Below, piece after piece: positions 1 through 15,000 of a DNA stretch of 64,000 nt (position 1 is its first letter; each line of letters opens with the position of its first letter). The position numbers were made by a program, and so were the translations under genes. The stretch spans positions 576,001 to 640,000 of the forward strand of contig OY843768.1 in the NCBI GenBank assembly GCA_963693095.2, given 5' to 3'. The notes under the pieces are model-generated. The model was not told the origin of the DNA and did no database searches. It was given only the letters and a program-made list of their open reading frames with translations. Origin of the DNA: Cenarchaeum sp. Its GTDB lineage: Archaea; Thermoproteota; Nitrososphaeria; Nitrososphaerales; Nitrosopumilaceae.

Positions 1-2
1 CT

Positions 3-3000
3 GATGCGGCATCGGGCACGATCGCCGGAATCGACGACATTGTCCGCGTCAACGTGGCGGCCAGCGAGACGCTCGTCACGGCAGTAGGCGACATTGCGCT
101 CTTTGGGACGACGACTCCCGCCGACTCGGTGGCCACCGGCACGTCCAACGCGTACTCGTACGTGCGCACGATAGCCGCCTCGGACGTCGGCGGCGCGCTC
201 ACGTTCACCCTGACGATACGCGACACTGCGGGCAACACGGCGACGCTCACGCAGGCCAACGTGGCATCGAACGTGACGGTTGACTCTGGCGCGCCGACGT
301 TCAGCGCAGAGCTCACGTCGGCTAGCACCGTAAAGATCACCTTTGTCGAGGCCGTCAGCGGCACGACGGCGCGTGGCGAGTGGGCAGTCGCCGGCTCGTT
401 TGTCGCGTCGCTCTCGCTTCCGGGCGGCGAGGCCAACAGACTGGCGATCATCAATGCAGGCGACGAGCTCTACCTCAATCTCGCCTCCGCGAGCGCAGGC
501 ACAGACCTCGGCGACCTGACTGCCTCGGGCGTCACGTACACGCCGCGCGCCGGCGGCGCGCTAGTCGACGCGGCGAGAAACGCGTTCGTGACGGACAACG
601 GCATGGTCGTGGCCACGGCTCTGGCAGACAGGGCGGCCCCCATGTTTGTTCGCGCCGCCTTTGCGACTGGCGGCACTGGCGTGACGCTGACCTTTACTGA
701 GACGCTCGCCTCGCTGCCCTCCACGCTCGACTTTACGCTGACAACGACGGTGTCGGGCGCGCCGTCGACCACGCTCGGCACGGCGAGCGCCGAGGGCAGC
801 ATGATAACGATCCAGGTGACGTCTGCCATCACGGCTGCTGATGACGGGACGGTGTACACGTTGACGATCGGCGGCACGGGCGCCATAGAGGACACCAGCG
901 GCAACGAGTATGCCGGAGCACCTGTGGACGTCATATACGACTCTACGCCGCCGACGTTCACCGCAGGGTTCACCGGCGCGCGCACCATCGTGCTGACCTC
1001 CAATGAGGCCCTCGCGCCGGCGACAGTCGTGGCGGCCAACTTTGGCGTGACGGTGCCCAACGCAGTGTCGGGCGGCGAGCCCGTCAGCGTCGCGCTGGCC
1101 ACGGCAGACCCGGCAGCCGACCCGCCGGTGATGCCCATCGCCTATGACGCGACTGCACTCACAGTCACGCTCACGCTCGCCGCCGACGCGCCGCAGGGCG
1201 TGGTTCACACAATCACGCCGACTGACTCGCTGACCAACGTGGCGCACGTGCCGTACGCCGCCGGTGGCATCATGGCCTCGCGCGCACCCGCCGCGCCGAC
1301 GGCGACTGCCGTGGCTTACACGGTCTTTGAGGGCACAACGTCCACCGAGAGGACTTCGCCGTACGCATCCCACGCGCGCGCCGGCGACACGATCAGGCTC
1401 TCGATCACGCTTGACGGCGAGGCGAGCTCGGTTAGCGTGCTCTTTGTGGGCAAGACGGCCGCTGATGACGCAGTCCCAATGGACCGTGTCGATGCGACTA
1501 ACGAGTGGCGCGCGACGTATATCGTAGAGTCTGCAGGCTCCATAGACGGCCCGTTCACGTTTGTCGCGACGGCGATGACCTCCTCGGGCGCGACGGCGCC
1601 GGTGGACGAGACGACCCTGTCGACGCCGCCGCCTCCGACGATCGACCGCGCCGCACCGACCTTTGGCGCAGAGCTCACGTCTGCGGACACCGTGACGATC
1701 ACGTTTAGCGAGAATGTCAGCGGCACTACGGCGCCGGCCGAGTGGACCGTCGCCGGCTCGACAGTCACAGCAGTCACGCCCTCCTCGCCGTCCTCGGCCA
1801 GCGAGATCGTCCTCACGCTGTCGGCCTCGCGCGTGGGCACGGCACTGGCAGATCCGGACGGTGATGGCCCGCTCGCGGAGATCACGCCGGCAAGCGTGGT
1901 CTATACGCGCCCCGGGCCGTACTCGGCGACTGCGTCTAACACGATCGCCGACGCCGCTGCCCACGACCTCGCCGCAGCCGCCATGACGGCTGAGGCCACG
2001 GGGGTGACTGACGGCGCGCCACCGACGGCCAGGGCGGCCTTTTTGGGCAGCGCGATCGTCATCCTGTTCAGCGAGCCGGTCAACGGAGTGCCGGACACGC
2101 TGCAGGTCACGCAGCCGGGCGCATCGGCCGGCCCGCTTGGCGCAGACCACGCCGACGGCACCGACAGGGCGTCAGTCGCAGTCTCCTCGCCGCCTGCCGG
2201 CGATCACTCTGTCGCGCTGCCCACGGGCATAGATGACGCCGCAGACAACGCGCTCGCCGCCGCCTCGGTGACTGCCACGTACGCGGCGGACACGACTGCG
2301 CCGACGTTCAGGGCAGAGCTGGCCTCGGCGAGCACCGTGAGGATCGTGTTCAACGAGCCCGTCTTTGGCGCGAGTGCCGGCTCCGAGTGGGCAGTCGCCG
2401 GCTCGGGCGTCAGCGCCGTGGTGCCCTCCTCGCCATTTGACGCCACAGAGATCGTCCTCACGCTGGCCGTGGCGCGCACCCAGACCGTCCTGGCCGACAC
2501 CGACGGCACTGGCCCGCTCGCGGAGATCACGGCGGCGAGCGTGATCTACACGCGCCCGTCGACGGGCGATGACACGCTCCGGAACTCGGCGGAGCTTCAC
2601 CTTGCAACCGCCGCCGGCGGCACGACGGCTGCCACGGCGATAGCTGACAAGGCCCCGCCGACGCTCATAGCCGAGAGGCCGACGCTGGACCGCATCGACA
2701 ACACCCACATCGTGACCTTCTCCGAGCCGGTCATGCTGGCGTCAGGCAAGTCGCTGCCAGAGTCGGCGGACTGGACGTTCTCCGGCAGGACCAGCCTGGG
2801 GGACATCCCGGTGCCGTTTAGAGCCCAGACGGGAGAATACTTCTCCTCCGGGGTGGCCTTTGGCTACGCCATCGACCTGGGCACAGGCGACAGGGCGACG
2901 CTGGTCCCGCAGGATACGTCAAGAAGGGACCGCGATAATGGCGTTCCCGCGTTCAGGAACATCGCGCCGGCCACGGTCATGATCACCTTTGACGCGCAGG

Positions 3001-6000
3001 CCGACGGCAGGGTCGGCTCGATCGTCGACGCCGAGGGCAACGCGCTGGCAGAGGGGGCCTCGACGCCGGTGGGCGACTTTACGGCGCCGACGTTCACGGC
3101 CAGGACGCTTGGGCTGGCGCTCACAGAGGTCGCGTTCACCGAGGCCGTCACGGGCACGGCGCGCGCGGCGGACTGGTCGGTCTCCGGCACGCAGGCCACC
3201 GGCGTCTCCCTCACCAGTGGCGGCGCAGGCACGGCCACTATCGGGCTCGACCGCCAGTCGGTGATGTACCTCGTCCACGCCGACCTCGCATCGACTGACG
3301 CCGAGCCGACGGTGTCGTACGCGCGCCCGTCCGAGTCAGGAACCGGAACGCTGGCCGACCCCGCGACTATCGTCATGGGCACCGTCAGCACTCCGCTGGA
3401 GGCCACGGCCGCAGACGGCATCGCCCCGACGGTCAGGACCTCCGAGTTCACCGGGCCGAACAAGCTCGTCATCACGTTCAGCGAGCACCTGGCGGCGTTT
3501 ATACCGGTCAATGTTGATAATGATAGTGGTAAGTATGTTGTATTGCGCTATGGAGAGGCGGTTCCGACAGACATTGGCGAGTACCCCGTAACGCTCCCCG
3601 ACGGCGAGTCCGTGCCTCTCACCGGCACGGCCGACTATGCCGAGCAGGCCACCACCTCGACAGTCACGCTCACGCTGGCCTCGCCCTCGGCGACGGGCAC
3701 GATCCACACAGTGGCGCTCCCCAACAACATAACCGATGACGCACGCAACCAGCTCGCCGTGGACGCGACGGCGAGCGCGACGTACACGGCGTCGACGCAG
3801 ACTGACACCATGCCGCCAACGTTCACGGCGCGCGTGTTCAACACCACACACGTCGTGGTAAAGTTCGACGAGCCCATACAGGGCACGACGGCCGTGGCAG
3901 ACTGGGCGATCACCCTGACGGGCACCACCACGCCAACGCTGGTCGGGGCGACTCAGGATCCTGGTGCGGGCAACAATGCTCCGCGCCTCAAGGGCAGCGC
4001 CACCATACTGGCCGCCCACGAGTTCGACGGCCTGCTGTATGTCGGCGCCCTCAAAGCCGCCCCATTCCTGGCGCTCACTGACACGCCCACGGTGACGTAC
4101 ACGCAGCCGGCGACCGGAGGCCTCACCGACGTGCTGCCCGAGGGGGACACGCCCAACAGGGTGCAGACCGGCAGCACGGTGGCCTTGGCAGGGGACAAGA
4201 CGCGTCCCACGGTCACGTCCGCGGCATTTACGGCCGAGCACACGATCACGGCCACATTCAGCATGGATGTCACGTTCGTGACTGGAGTCGATAACTACGC
4301 GTCAGACGACGCGTGGACGGTGACGTCGCCGAGGGGCAGCCTGGCCGTAGAGTCCGCCGAGCGCACGTCCTCTGACACGTACACGCTCACGCTGGATGAT
4401 GACACCGATACAATTCCTGGCAGGGCGTACATGGTTACCCCAGACGAGAACGTCCTGGACTTTTATGGCAATTCCGCGCTCAGAGTCAGCGGCGGAGACA
4501 CCGGCCCCCTCATGTCATACCCCGTGCAGGCCTACGACGGGCCGCTTGATGCCAGGACACAGACGTCCACCACGACGCTCATCACGTTTGACGGCGGGAG
4601 CCTCACCGGCACGCTCGCCGTGGCCGACTGGGCAGTCGCCGAGGCGGCCCCCGAGACTGCCGCGAGCATTGCCATATCGAGCATCGCGACGGTGACTGCT
4701 GACGGGATGGGCCAGGTCACCGCGACGCCGGTTGACGGCTCCACGCCGGCAGTCACGCACGTGCTGGGATCCACGCCCACAGTCACGTCGCTGCTCATCA
4801 CGCACGCAGAGCTCTCCAACACGGCCTCCACGCCCATAGTCACGTACACGCGCCCTGCGTCTGACGGCCTGATGGCCGGCACGACTGCCGTGCCGACAGG
4901 CCCTGTTGACGCCGCAGACGGCGCGCCGCCGGCGCTTGCCGACAGCGGCTCGCTCTTTATGCTCAGGGCCGATCGCCACACTGCCCAGTCACAATATTAC
5001 ACCCAGAATCCTGCCGGCGCCGGCCATAACGCATGGGTGATCATAAAGCCCACCGAGCCCCTCCATGCCGGCGGCTCGCCCATAGAGTTTATTGGCGCCA
5101 ATCCTACCGACGACAGCTACACTCCATCTGCCGCCGCCGCTGACATTGCGTTCTTCCCCGGCACGTCCTCGCCCGCAGGCGCCCTGGTCGCGGGCAAGGC
5201 CCAGAGCACGCAGGTGTACAACTATTCGTACGCCGTCACGGCCTCCTCGCCGGAGGGCGCCATCCCGTTCACGCTCACCGTGCGCGACGGCGCCGGCAAC
5301 ACGGCGACGTTCACGCAGGCGGACCTGACTGACGACTCGTCTGACACCGGTTCAGGCGCCCTGATAGCCGGCGGGGGATACCGCGTGAGCGTCGACCGGA
5401 CCGCCCCCACGGTCGACTCCTCCGCGTTCACCGCGCCGAACGAGCTCACCATCACGTTCGACGAGCACCTGGTGGCGCTTGCGGCACCGGCGAGTGCGGG
5501 GGCGATCAGGGACGTGGCAGGCGTTCCGACAGACGTTGCCAGGTACCCCACAACGACCCCAGACGGCACCGTGACCCTCACCTCGGCCGTCTATGCCGAG
5601 CAGGCCACCACCTCGACAATCACGCTCACGCTGGCCTCGGCCGCGGCGGCCGGCACGGCCCACACAGTCACGCTTCCCGTCGTGGGAGTTGACCCAAACA
5701 CGCTCACCGCACTGGCAGATGACGCAAAGAACCTCCTCGCGGCCACGACGGCGAGCGCGACGCGCCAGGCATCGGACACCACGGCGCCAGTCGCAAGCTC
5801 GATAGCCTTCGAGGTGTACGACGGCACGCCGGATGCCGGCACGCTAAAGACCGGCGACAGCAGGCTGCTCGCAAGCGACGGGGACACGATCCGCCTGATA
5901 CTGACGCTCAGCGAGGACGCCGCCGGCACGCCGACGATAGAGGTGCACGGCCGGACGGCGGCGGGGACCGCGATGGGCGACAACGGCGACGCGCTGGCCA

Positions 6001-9000
6001 CGACGTGGCACCACGACCTGTCCGTGACGTCCTCCTGGACTGAGGCGGCCTATACGTTCACGATCGCAGCGGCCGACGCGGCGACCAACTCGGAGCCCAT
6101 CACGCGGACCGCAGGCCTGGCCGCCGGAGTCACCGTCACCGTGCCGACCATAGACCTGACTGCGCCGACGGCGACTGCGGTCTTCTCGAGCACCAACACG
6201 CTCGTCATCACGGTAGGCGAGGCGCTACTCAACACGAAGGCCCAGGTGGAGGGCTATGCGTTCACCGTGAGCGCCGCCAGCAGCACCGTCTCGCTGGCCA
6301 CAGAAGATCTGATGGCTAACCCGCAGGTGATGCCCATCGTCTATGACGCCACGGCCAGCACGATCACGCTCACGCTGGCCAGCCTCGCGGCGGCGGGCGT
6401 GGAGCACACCGTCACGCTGCCGGCCGCGCTCACCGACAGGGCCGGCAACGCGTTTGCCTCGCCTGCCGAGGTCGACGCGACGCACATGTTGCCGTTCTTT
6501 TCGGCCGAGACGAGATCAGATAGGACTGTTCTAGTCACGTTTGACGCGGCGCTCACGGGCGCGACGGCGCCATCAGAGTGGCGCGTGGGCACCGCAACGC
6601 CTGCGGGCATCGCAGTTGGGGACGGCACTGCGCTTCCGGTTTCGCAGACGCTGACGGCCGACACAAAGATCACGCTGCACCTTGCATCTGGGGACAGGCT
6701 GGCCCACACTGCGTCCACGCCCACAGTGTCGTACACGAAACCGTCTGGCACCGGCGCCAACGTCCTGAGGGAGGGCACCAACGAGCAGGGCATCACCGGC
6801 ACGGCACTAACGGCAACGGCAGCGGACAAGGCGCCGCCGACTGCGTCGATCACGTCTGGCGAGCTCGACGAGCTAGTCATCACGTTCAGCGAGCCGCTCG
6901 ACTCGGCCACGCTGCCGACGACGTACGAGATCGAGGTAGAGAGCGACGGCACGCTAGTGGACCTGCACGAGACCACCCTTCCAGCGTACGCCGCGCAGGC
7001 GACCTCCTCTACAGTCACAATCACGCTCGCCGATGACGCCACCGTCGAAGTCGAGCTCGTCGTAAAGATACCGAATTCGATAACGGACGCAAACTCCAAT
7101 GCGTACTCGGGCGATTCCCTCTCCGTTACGCCAAAGGCCGCCGCTGACACGACGAGGCCGACGTTCACCGCCGAGACCGTCAGGCCCGGCCACGTCACGA
7201 TAGAGTTTGACGAGCCGGTCTTTGGCGCGACGGCTACGGCCGACTGGAGCGTCGGCGGCGCCACGCCCTCGGGAATCACGGCTACGACAGTAGGCGGCGC
7301 ACCCGTCAGGACGTCGCTGATTCCGAGATTTGTCGAAGGCGTCCAACAGCCACCGCCGCTGGTTCTGGGCCCGATGATCGTGAGAATCGCCGACCCGATC
7401 ACCTCGATGACGCTGCAGCTCAGCCCAACGCTCGGGGCTGACGCAACGCCGAGCGTGGCATACACGGCACCGGCGCCTGAGACGCTCCCGCTCCCGCCCC
7501 CGTCATCGCCGACGAGGGGCCTGCGCGACACGGCGCTGCCCACGTCCAACGGGATGGCGACTGCGACGGTTATGGCAACTGACGGCATAGTGGGCGCCAT
7601 CGTGCCGTCTGCCACGGCGCTCACGCTGAGCACGCTCACCGCCGGCGACACCCCTGCGATCCCGCCGACCCTCGTCGGCACGGGCTACAAGGTCACGTTC
7701 ACCCTCACGCTTGACTCAACGCCGGCCTCGCTGCCGCAGATCAGGCTCTTTACGACGGGTGCGACGGCAACTGCCATGGCCTTGGACAGTGGCCAGGGCG
7801 TGCCGGCCAACACGTACACGCACACGCACACCGTGGTGGCCGCAGACCCCGACGGCCTCCTGTCGCTCTGGATAGACGTGGGCGCAAACACAGTCGTCTC
7901 GCACGTCGCGACGACAGTTGACCAGGGCACGCCGACTGAGAGGATAGAGTATGTCACGACGGGCCTGCCGAGCCAGGCCCCGCCGCCCCTGGCAGTGACA
8001 GTCGACACGACGGCACCGGGCGTTGAGTCCATCGTGCTCGGCTCGCCGCCTGATGACCCGACGACGACCGGAACGGACGAGTCGACAACGCGCTCGACGA
8101 TAACGCTGACGTTCAACGAATTCATGAATCGCCCGACGCTCACCAGGAGCTCGCTCCCCGTGACGCTGTCGACCGGAACGGCAAGTGTCATCGCAGACGA
8201 CACGAACACGGCCGGCATAGACGAGGGCGTGCTCATTGGCCAGGCTCCGCTGAGGTCGCTGACCGACGCGCCCCGCACGCAGGTCACCATCACGCTTGAC
8301 TCCCCGCTGGTGGTCAGCACAGAGTACACGGTCACACCGGCAACCACGGTGACTGACACCGTGGGCAACGCGTACGCCGGCACCGCCGTCTCTGCGACGC
8401 ACACGGTCATACAGCCTCTGGCCTACACGGCGCGCGCGACGTCGACGACAACCACTGTTATCACGCTTGCCGGCGCGCTGGCCTCGTCAGTCACGACGTC
8501 GACTGACCTCGACGAGCTAGAGTGGCATGTCGAGGACGCAGTGAGGGTGGCCGGAGAGCCGTCCGTCTCGGGCTCGCAGAGGATCGTCTCGCTTGCGGCA
8601 GTCACGGCGACTGGCACTGCGCCCACAGTCACGCTCACGCACGCGCCGCTGACAGTCACGCAGACGCCGCTCATAACGTACGTGCCCGGCACGGAGGCCG
8701 ACCTTGCCGGCGACGATGGCGCGCCGCTCATCACGACTGGCGTGCGCGCCGCTGACGGCATTGCGCCGACGGCGACTGCGGCATTTGGCACGGGGCTAGT
8801 CGCCGGCGATGACACGTTCTCGACGGTTCGCCTTACGTTCAGCGAGGCCCTCTCGACAATAACGGGCGCGACATTCGCCGTGAACGGCCCGAGGGTCGAC
8901 TCGGGCAACGGCCCGACAGTCGCGCTCCGGCAGGACGACCCCGCCACTACCGGCGTTGACGAGTCTGCAGCCAATGCCGTCTATGCGGCCGGCCCGCCGG

Positions 9001-12000
9001 CCACAGTCACGCTCACGCTTGACTCGGATGTTGCCGACGGCGTGTACACCGTCACGATCACCGGCGTCAGCGACGCGAACAGCAACGCGTACGCCGCCGG
9101 CGCGATCAGCGCGCGCAGCCCAGTCGACTTTGTGCCGCCGCGCACGGACTTCCACGTCTCCTCCTCCTCGTTCACGTCCCTAGACACGCTACGGCTCGAG
9201 TTCAGCGGCGTCCTTGTCAACACGGATGGCGCGCTTGACGGCGTGACGTTTGCGGTGAGCGGCCCGAGGGTCGACTCGGGTGACGCCGGTCCGGCAGTCA
9301 CGCTCCTGCAGGAGAGCGGCAGCCTGTCAGCGTCGGCCGTCTCGCACACCCTCATCACCGAGTCGCTTCCGGGCATGGCGCCCACGCCGGTCAACTCGGT
9401 CGTGACGCTAAGGCTCAACGCAGACGCCGCTGACGGCGAGTACACCGTCGCGATCGCCGGCGCCAGGCAGGCAGCAGACGCGACTGCCACGCCACCGCGC
9501 CTCGAGCGCGCGTACGCCGCCGGCGACGTCGCCGTGACGCTCGGGCCACTAGAGCCCAGGGCAGTGGAGCTGGACATTGTGGTTGCTGACACCAATGATG
9601 TGGAGCGGACCGGCGAGGCGACCTCGCTTGCGCGCGCCGGCGACAAGATAGTAATCACCGCAACGCTTGCGGACATGACGGCTAGCGCGCCTGTCATTCG
9701 CGCGTTTGGCGCCACTGTGTCAGAAGGCGAAGAGGAGACGACGACCTTTGGCGGCAGCGCCGTGGCCATGACTGCCGGCGCGACTGCGCGCGAGTGGACA
9801 TCAACGTTCACGGTGAGCGCCGCAGACGCAGACACGCCGGTGCCGGCAGCCGACGGCCCGTTCACGTTCCGCATGTCAGCGGACTGCACTGACGCGACTG
9901 ACACGGCCGCAGACCGCGACGGCTGCGTGGACACCGACCACGATGACGCCGCGCTCCTCGGCGCGATGCTGCCGACCATAGACCGGACACCGCCTGTGAT
10001 CGAGGACGTCACCATCGCGACAGTCAACGCCGCGAGCGCAAACGCGCTAGTCGTCGAGTTCAGCGAGCCCATAGCGGCCGGCACGCTCTCGCGCGACAGC
10101 CTCGTGGTGTCCACGGGAACCGGCGCGTCTGCGACGCGCGCGGCACTTGTGGCCGATGACGCCGACGAGGCAGGCGACTCGGCGCTCCTCCACAACGGAG
10201 CGACTGTCACGATCGTGCTCGCCGCCGCGCTGGCCGACGGCACGACGTACGTGATAACGCCGACGAATGCGCTCACCGACATCGCCGGCAACGCGTATGC
10301 GGCCTCGTCATACAGCGCGGCATACGGCTCGCTCGGCTATGCGGCTAGCCTGGAGTCGAGGACGACGACTGTGCTCACGTTCGGCGCCGCGCTACAGTCC
10401 TCACTCGGGGTCGGCTCCACGCTTGACGCCTCGCACTGGCGAGTCGAGGATATTGCCGGCTCGACCCCGCTGGCACTGCGCATCGCCTCGGTGGTTCCCT
10501 CGACTGTGGGTGCGACGACTGTCATGGAGGTGACGTTCAGCGACGCGCTGCGCTCCTCGACGGTGACTGCCTCGTCGATCACCGTCGCGGACTCTGATAA
10601 CAACGCGCTCACGCCGACAGTGTCGCACACGTCGGCCTCGCAAGTCGTGAGGCTCACCTTTGATCCCGCGCTGGCAGCCGGCACGTACACGCTCGGCGCG
10701 ACCACGGCCGTCACGACCACGTCCGGAGAGGCGCTGGGCGCCGCCGTGAGCAGAGCCGTCGCCTGGGACCCAGCCTCGTCGCCGACGGTCCAGTTTGACG
10801 ACGAGGGCCGCCCCACGCCGCACCCCTCGCGCGCCGCCGAGAGGAGCGTGATCTCGGCCACGCTGACGAGAGCCGGCACCTCGCCGCAGGTGACGATCGT
10901 CCACTCGCCGCTGCTCAACACGGACACGCCGGTCATCTCGTACTCGCAGTGCGACGCGGCCTGCCTGGCAGGCGCATCTGGCGCGCCGGTGACGACAGGG
11001 CGCATGGTCGCCGCCGACGGCGCGCCGCCGGAGGTCGTCTACGCCATGCGCACCTCAGACGGCAGGATTGCGATACCCTTCCACGAGGCCGTCGCCGGCA
11101 CGTCCACGGCGACGTTTACGGTGAACGGCCCGAGGGCGAGTGCAAGCGACGCCGGCCCGGCAGTGCCGCTCCACGGCACTCGCGCGACTGCCGTCTCGTA
11201 CAGCGACGCGTCACGGACGATCACGCTAACGCTGGTGGATCCGCTGCCGGAGACCGGCGAGTACACGGTGAGGATGATCGGCCTGACTGACACGGCGAGC
11301 CCCGTCAACCTGTACGACGCGGCTGACACGGTGAGCATATCACCGATCGACATGAGGCCGCCAGTCGAGTCCGTGGCGTTCACGACACCCTCGAGCCTCC
11401 TCGTCACCTTTGGCCTCGGGGTGGCCGGCGTGGGCGACATGGTGGGCGCCGAGGTGTGCGGCACTGCCGTGGAGGAGGGAGTCTCCGTCTTCCGCTGCGT
11501 CCTCGTCCCGTCTGATGAGACAGAGGGCACGGGCCTGACTGGCATCTCGGTCAGCTATCGGCGCGTCACCTCGTCAGTTGTCAACGGCGAGACAGTGCTG
11601 GCGCCACACTCCTCCTCCACGCTCGCCGGCGCGACCTTTGAGCTGCGCGGCCCGCGCGTTGACGACTCTGATCCCGGCCCGGTCATTGGCATATCGCAGG
11701 CGGCGTACTCTGGCGTCCCGCCGCCCACCGTCGGCATCGCGCTGGGCTCGCCGGTCTCGCCCGGCGCGTACTCGCTGAGCATCGCCGGCGTGACCGGCAT
11801 CACGCAACTGCGCCACGAGCTGGTCACTAGCATCGGCGTCGTCCTCGAGGCGCCAAGGCGCGCGGCGACTGCAATAGAGTACGATGTCCTAAAGGGCGCA
11901 GAGGGCAGCAAGACCATCGTGACTCCGGGCGACGGCAGGCTCTCACAGTTTGTGGGGGCTGGCGATGACATTAGGCTGACAGTCACGCTCAACGAGGCAG

Positions 12001-15000
12001 TCACGATGGCGCCGCAGGTCCGCTTTGTCGGCAAGGTCACAGCCGACGACGCCGACACGGCCGTTGACGAGTCCCTCGGCGTGCCGATGAGCGCAGTCTC
12101 GGGCAGGACCAACACGTGGACCACGACGTACACGGTAGAGACTGCCGAGCAGAACGCGGGACTGCGCGACGGGCCGTTCACGTTTGAGATACCGCACCCC
12201 GACGGCGTGTCTGTCGGCCCGACGATCACCGGCGCCTCTGGCCACGCCGCGCCGCTCATCGCGGCAAACAATGGCGTGCCGATAGGCCCTGTGGTGGACA
12301 CTGACCCGAGCAGCCCAACGTTCGAGCAGGTCCTCGACAGGCTTCACTCGGCGCCGACACCGCCGACGATAGACCGCACGGCGCCGACGATAGCGACAGT
12401 GTCGTTTGTTAGCGCAGATGCGGCCGCATCCAACGCGATCAGGGTAATGTTTGACGAGCGGATCAACCCCGCCACGCTCACCAGGGCAAGCCTGCCGGTG
12501 ACTGCCACCGACTCGTCAGGCAGTCCGCTGACCATCACGCTGCACACCGACGACGCGACCGAGGATGGCGACTCGGCGATACTCGTCTCCGCGGTCAACT
12601 CTGGCGTCGGCTCGGGCGCCTCCCAGTACACCGCCGTCACGATCGTCCTGGCCTCGGCGCTGACTGACGGCGCGACGTACACGGTCACGCCTGCGCCCAC
12701 AGTCACCGACCTGGCAGGCAACGCGCTGGCGCTCACCGGCACGGAGCCTGACACGCGCGCCGTCTCGGCGACGTACAGCGCCCCGCCGGCGGCCCTCACG
12801 TACACGGTGATGACGGCCTCGCCGACGCAGACGACAGTCACGTTTGGCGCCGCGCTCCATGCGAGGATCACGACGTCGACTGATCTTGACGAGGCAAAGT
12901 GGATCGTCGAGGACATTGCCGGCGCGAGCCCCGCCACGACACCGTCGGCCGCCGATGACCGCGCCGTCACTGCCATCACCGTCACCACGGTGGGCGCATC
13001 ACCCGTACTGACGCTCACGCACGAGGCGCTCACCGAGACCTCGCGCGCCCTCGTCTCGTACCGGCCGTCCCTCGGCGACCCGCCGACGTTCGACGCGGCA
13101 GGCGCGCCGGTCACGAGCCAGCCCGGCGCCACCGCGGGCCATGACATCGTCGGCGCCACCGGCGCAGCCGTCTCGACTGACGCGGTCCACGCCACGGCAG
13201 GTGGCGCGCCGACTGTAAGGACGGTCTTTGAGTCATCTGCCACCACGCGCACGATCCTGCTCAGCGAGGAGGTGTCTGCCACGCCGACAGTCGAGATGCG
13301 CGCGACAGGCACGCCGACGTATGCGAGCGCCGCCGTGGAGGCCACCGCGGGCCGCGCGATACTCGTCGCCTCGACGCTCTCTGGCAGCGTCGACGTGAGG
13401 ATAGCGGGCATACACTCATCGACCGTGGAGGCCACCGGCGTGCCAGTCGCCACGGACCGCATAGACACCGACGTCTATATCGTGCCCGGCGACGCGACGG
13501 CTGCCACGGTGGTCGGCAGGGACGCCTCGCATGGCCTGCGCGACGCCTCGGGCCGCGCCATGGCGCCGCTCTCGGCCTCCTTTAACGTGCCGGCCGACGG
13601 CGAGCTCGTCCTGATCGCCGTGTCCCCGTCAGTCAGCGACAGGTCAGTGAGGCTCCTGTTCAGCGAGGCCATCGATCCGGCATCGGTCAGCGCCTCGGCC
13701 TTTGAGGTCACCGGCCCCTCGCCGTCCACAGCACCGCTGACGATAACGACTGCCACGCTCGATGCCGCGTTGTCAGTCGGCGCGCCTCGCAACGTGGTGA
13801 CGCTGGTCATAGCAGAGGACATATCCGCCGCGGGCCAGTACGTCGTGACGGCAAGGGCCGCCGGCGGAATCACGCAGCCTGACGCGGTGCCCGAAGGCGC
13901 ACTGGCAGCCGACTCGGTCTCCGTGTTCCGCGTGGCCGCCGCCGGCACCGCCACGCTCACGGCCGCCGCGCCGTCAGGCGCGCAGACAGTCGTCGCGACG
14001 CTCACGCCGGCGATCGACATGACCTCTGCAGGTCCGCAGGTCTTTAGGATAGTCGGGCCGTCAGGCGCGCAGCAGTTCCGCGCGATCGAGTCGACTACGG
14101 CGACGTCGGCCACTACGGTGAGCATATCGGTGCGGGCAGCACTGCCGGCAGGCACGTACACGCTGGAGACCATAGAGCCCCCGCGCGCGACTGGCCTGAC
14201 GCTCAACCTCGACAGGCTTGACGGCACGGCGGGAGCCGGCACGGCAGCAGACACAGTCGACGCGCCGATAACTGCGAGGATTGACGGCGCCGAGCTCGTC
14301 ATCCCGTCCGGAGCCACGTTCACGTTTGGCAGCGCCGCCGAGGCGGTCCTCCTGGAGCGCGCCGCACTCGACGCGGATGAGGCATACTCGGCGCCGGGCT
14401 CGTCGCCGACTGCAGCGGACACTGCGGCTGCTGCTGCAATCTCCGCGATCATCGAGTCTGACGCGGCAGCCAGGGCGCTTGGCGCACGCGGCGACGCGCT
14501 CTCCTCGGTACCGCTCATAGAGGCCGGCAGCGCGTCATCGGGCATATCGCTCTCGGCACCCGCATCGCTGCGCATAGACGGCGATGCGTCTGACACCGGC
14601 GCCATCCACGCGTTCTACCTCTCTGGCGCCGATAACGACGTCGTCAACGCCGTGCCCGAGTGCGCGGACAGCGTGACGCACACGACTGCGCCGACGCTTG
14701 GCGCCGGCGAGGACTGTTACGTCGAGGACGGCGCCGACGTCGTCATCTGGACGAGCCACATGACGCAGTTTGGCGTCGCGACTTCTGGCACGCCACTCAC
14801 GTTCGTTGCGTCAAGCACGTCGGCCACGCAGACCCTCGTCACGTTCAGCCTGCCGGTGTCCGGCACGACGGCGGCAGCCGAGTGGGCGGTAAACGGCGTG
14901 CAGGCCACGGGAGTCGCCTCTGCTGGCGCAAGCGCAGCAGCGCAGACGCTCGACGACGACTATACGCTCACGCTGACCCACGCAGACGCCGGCACGGCGG

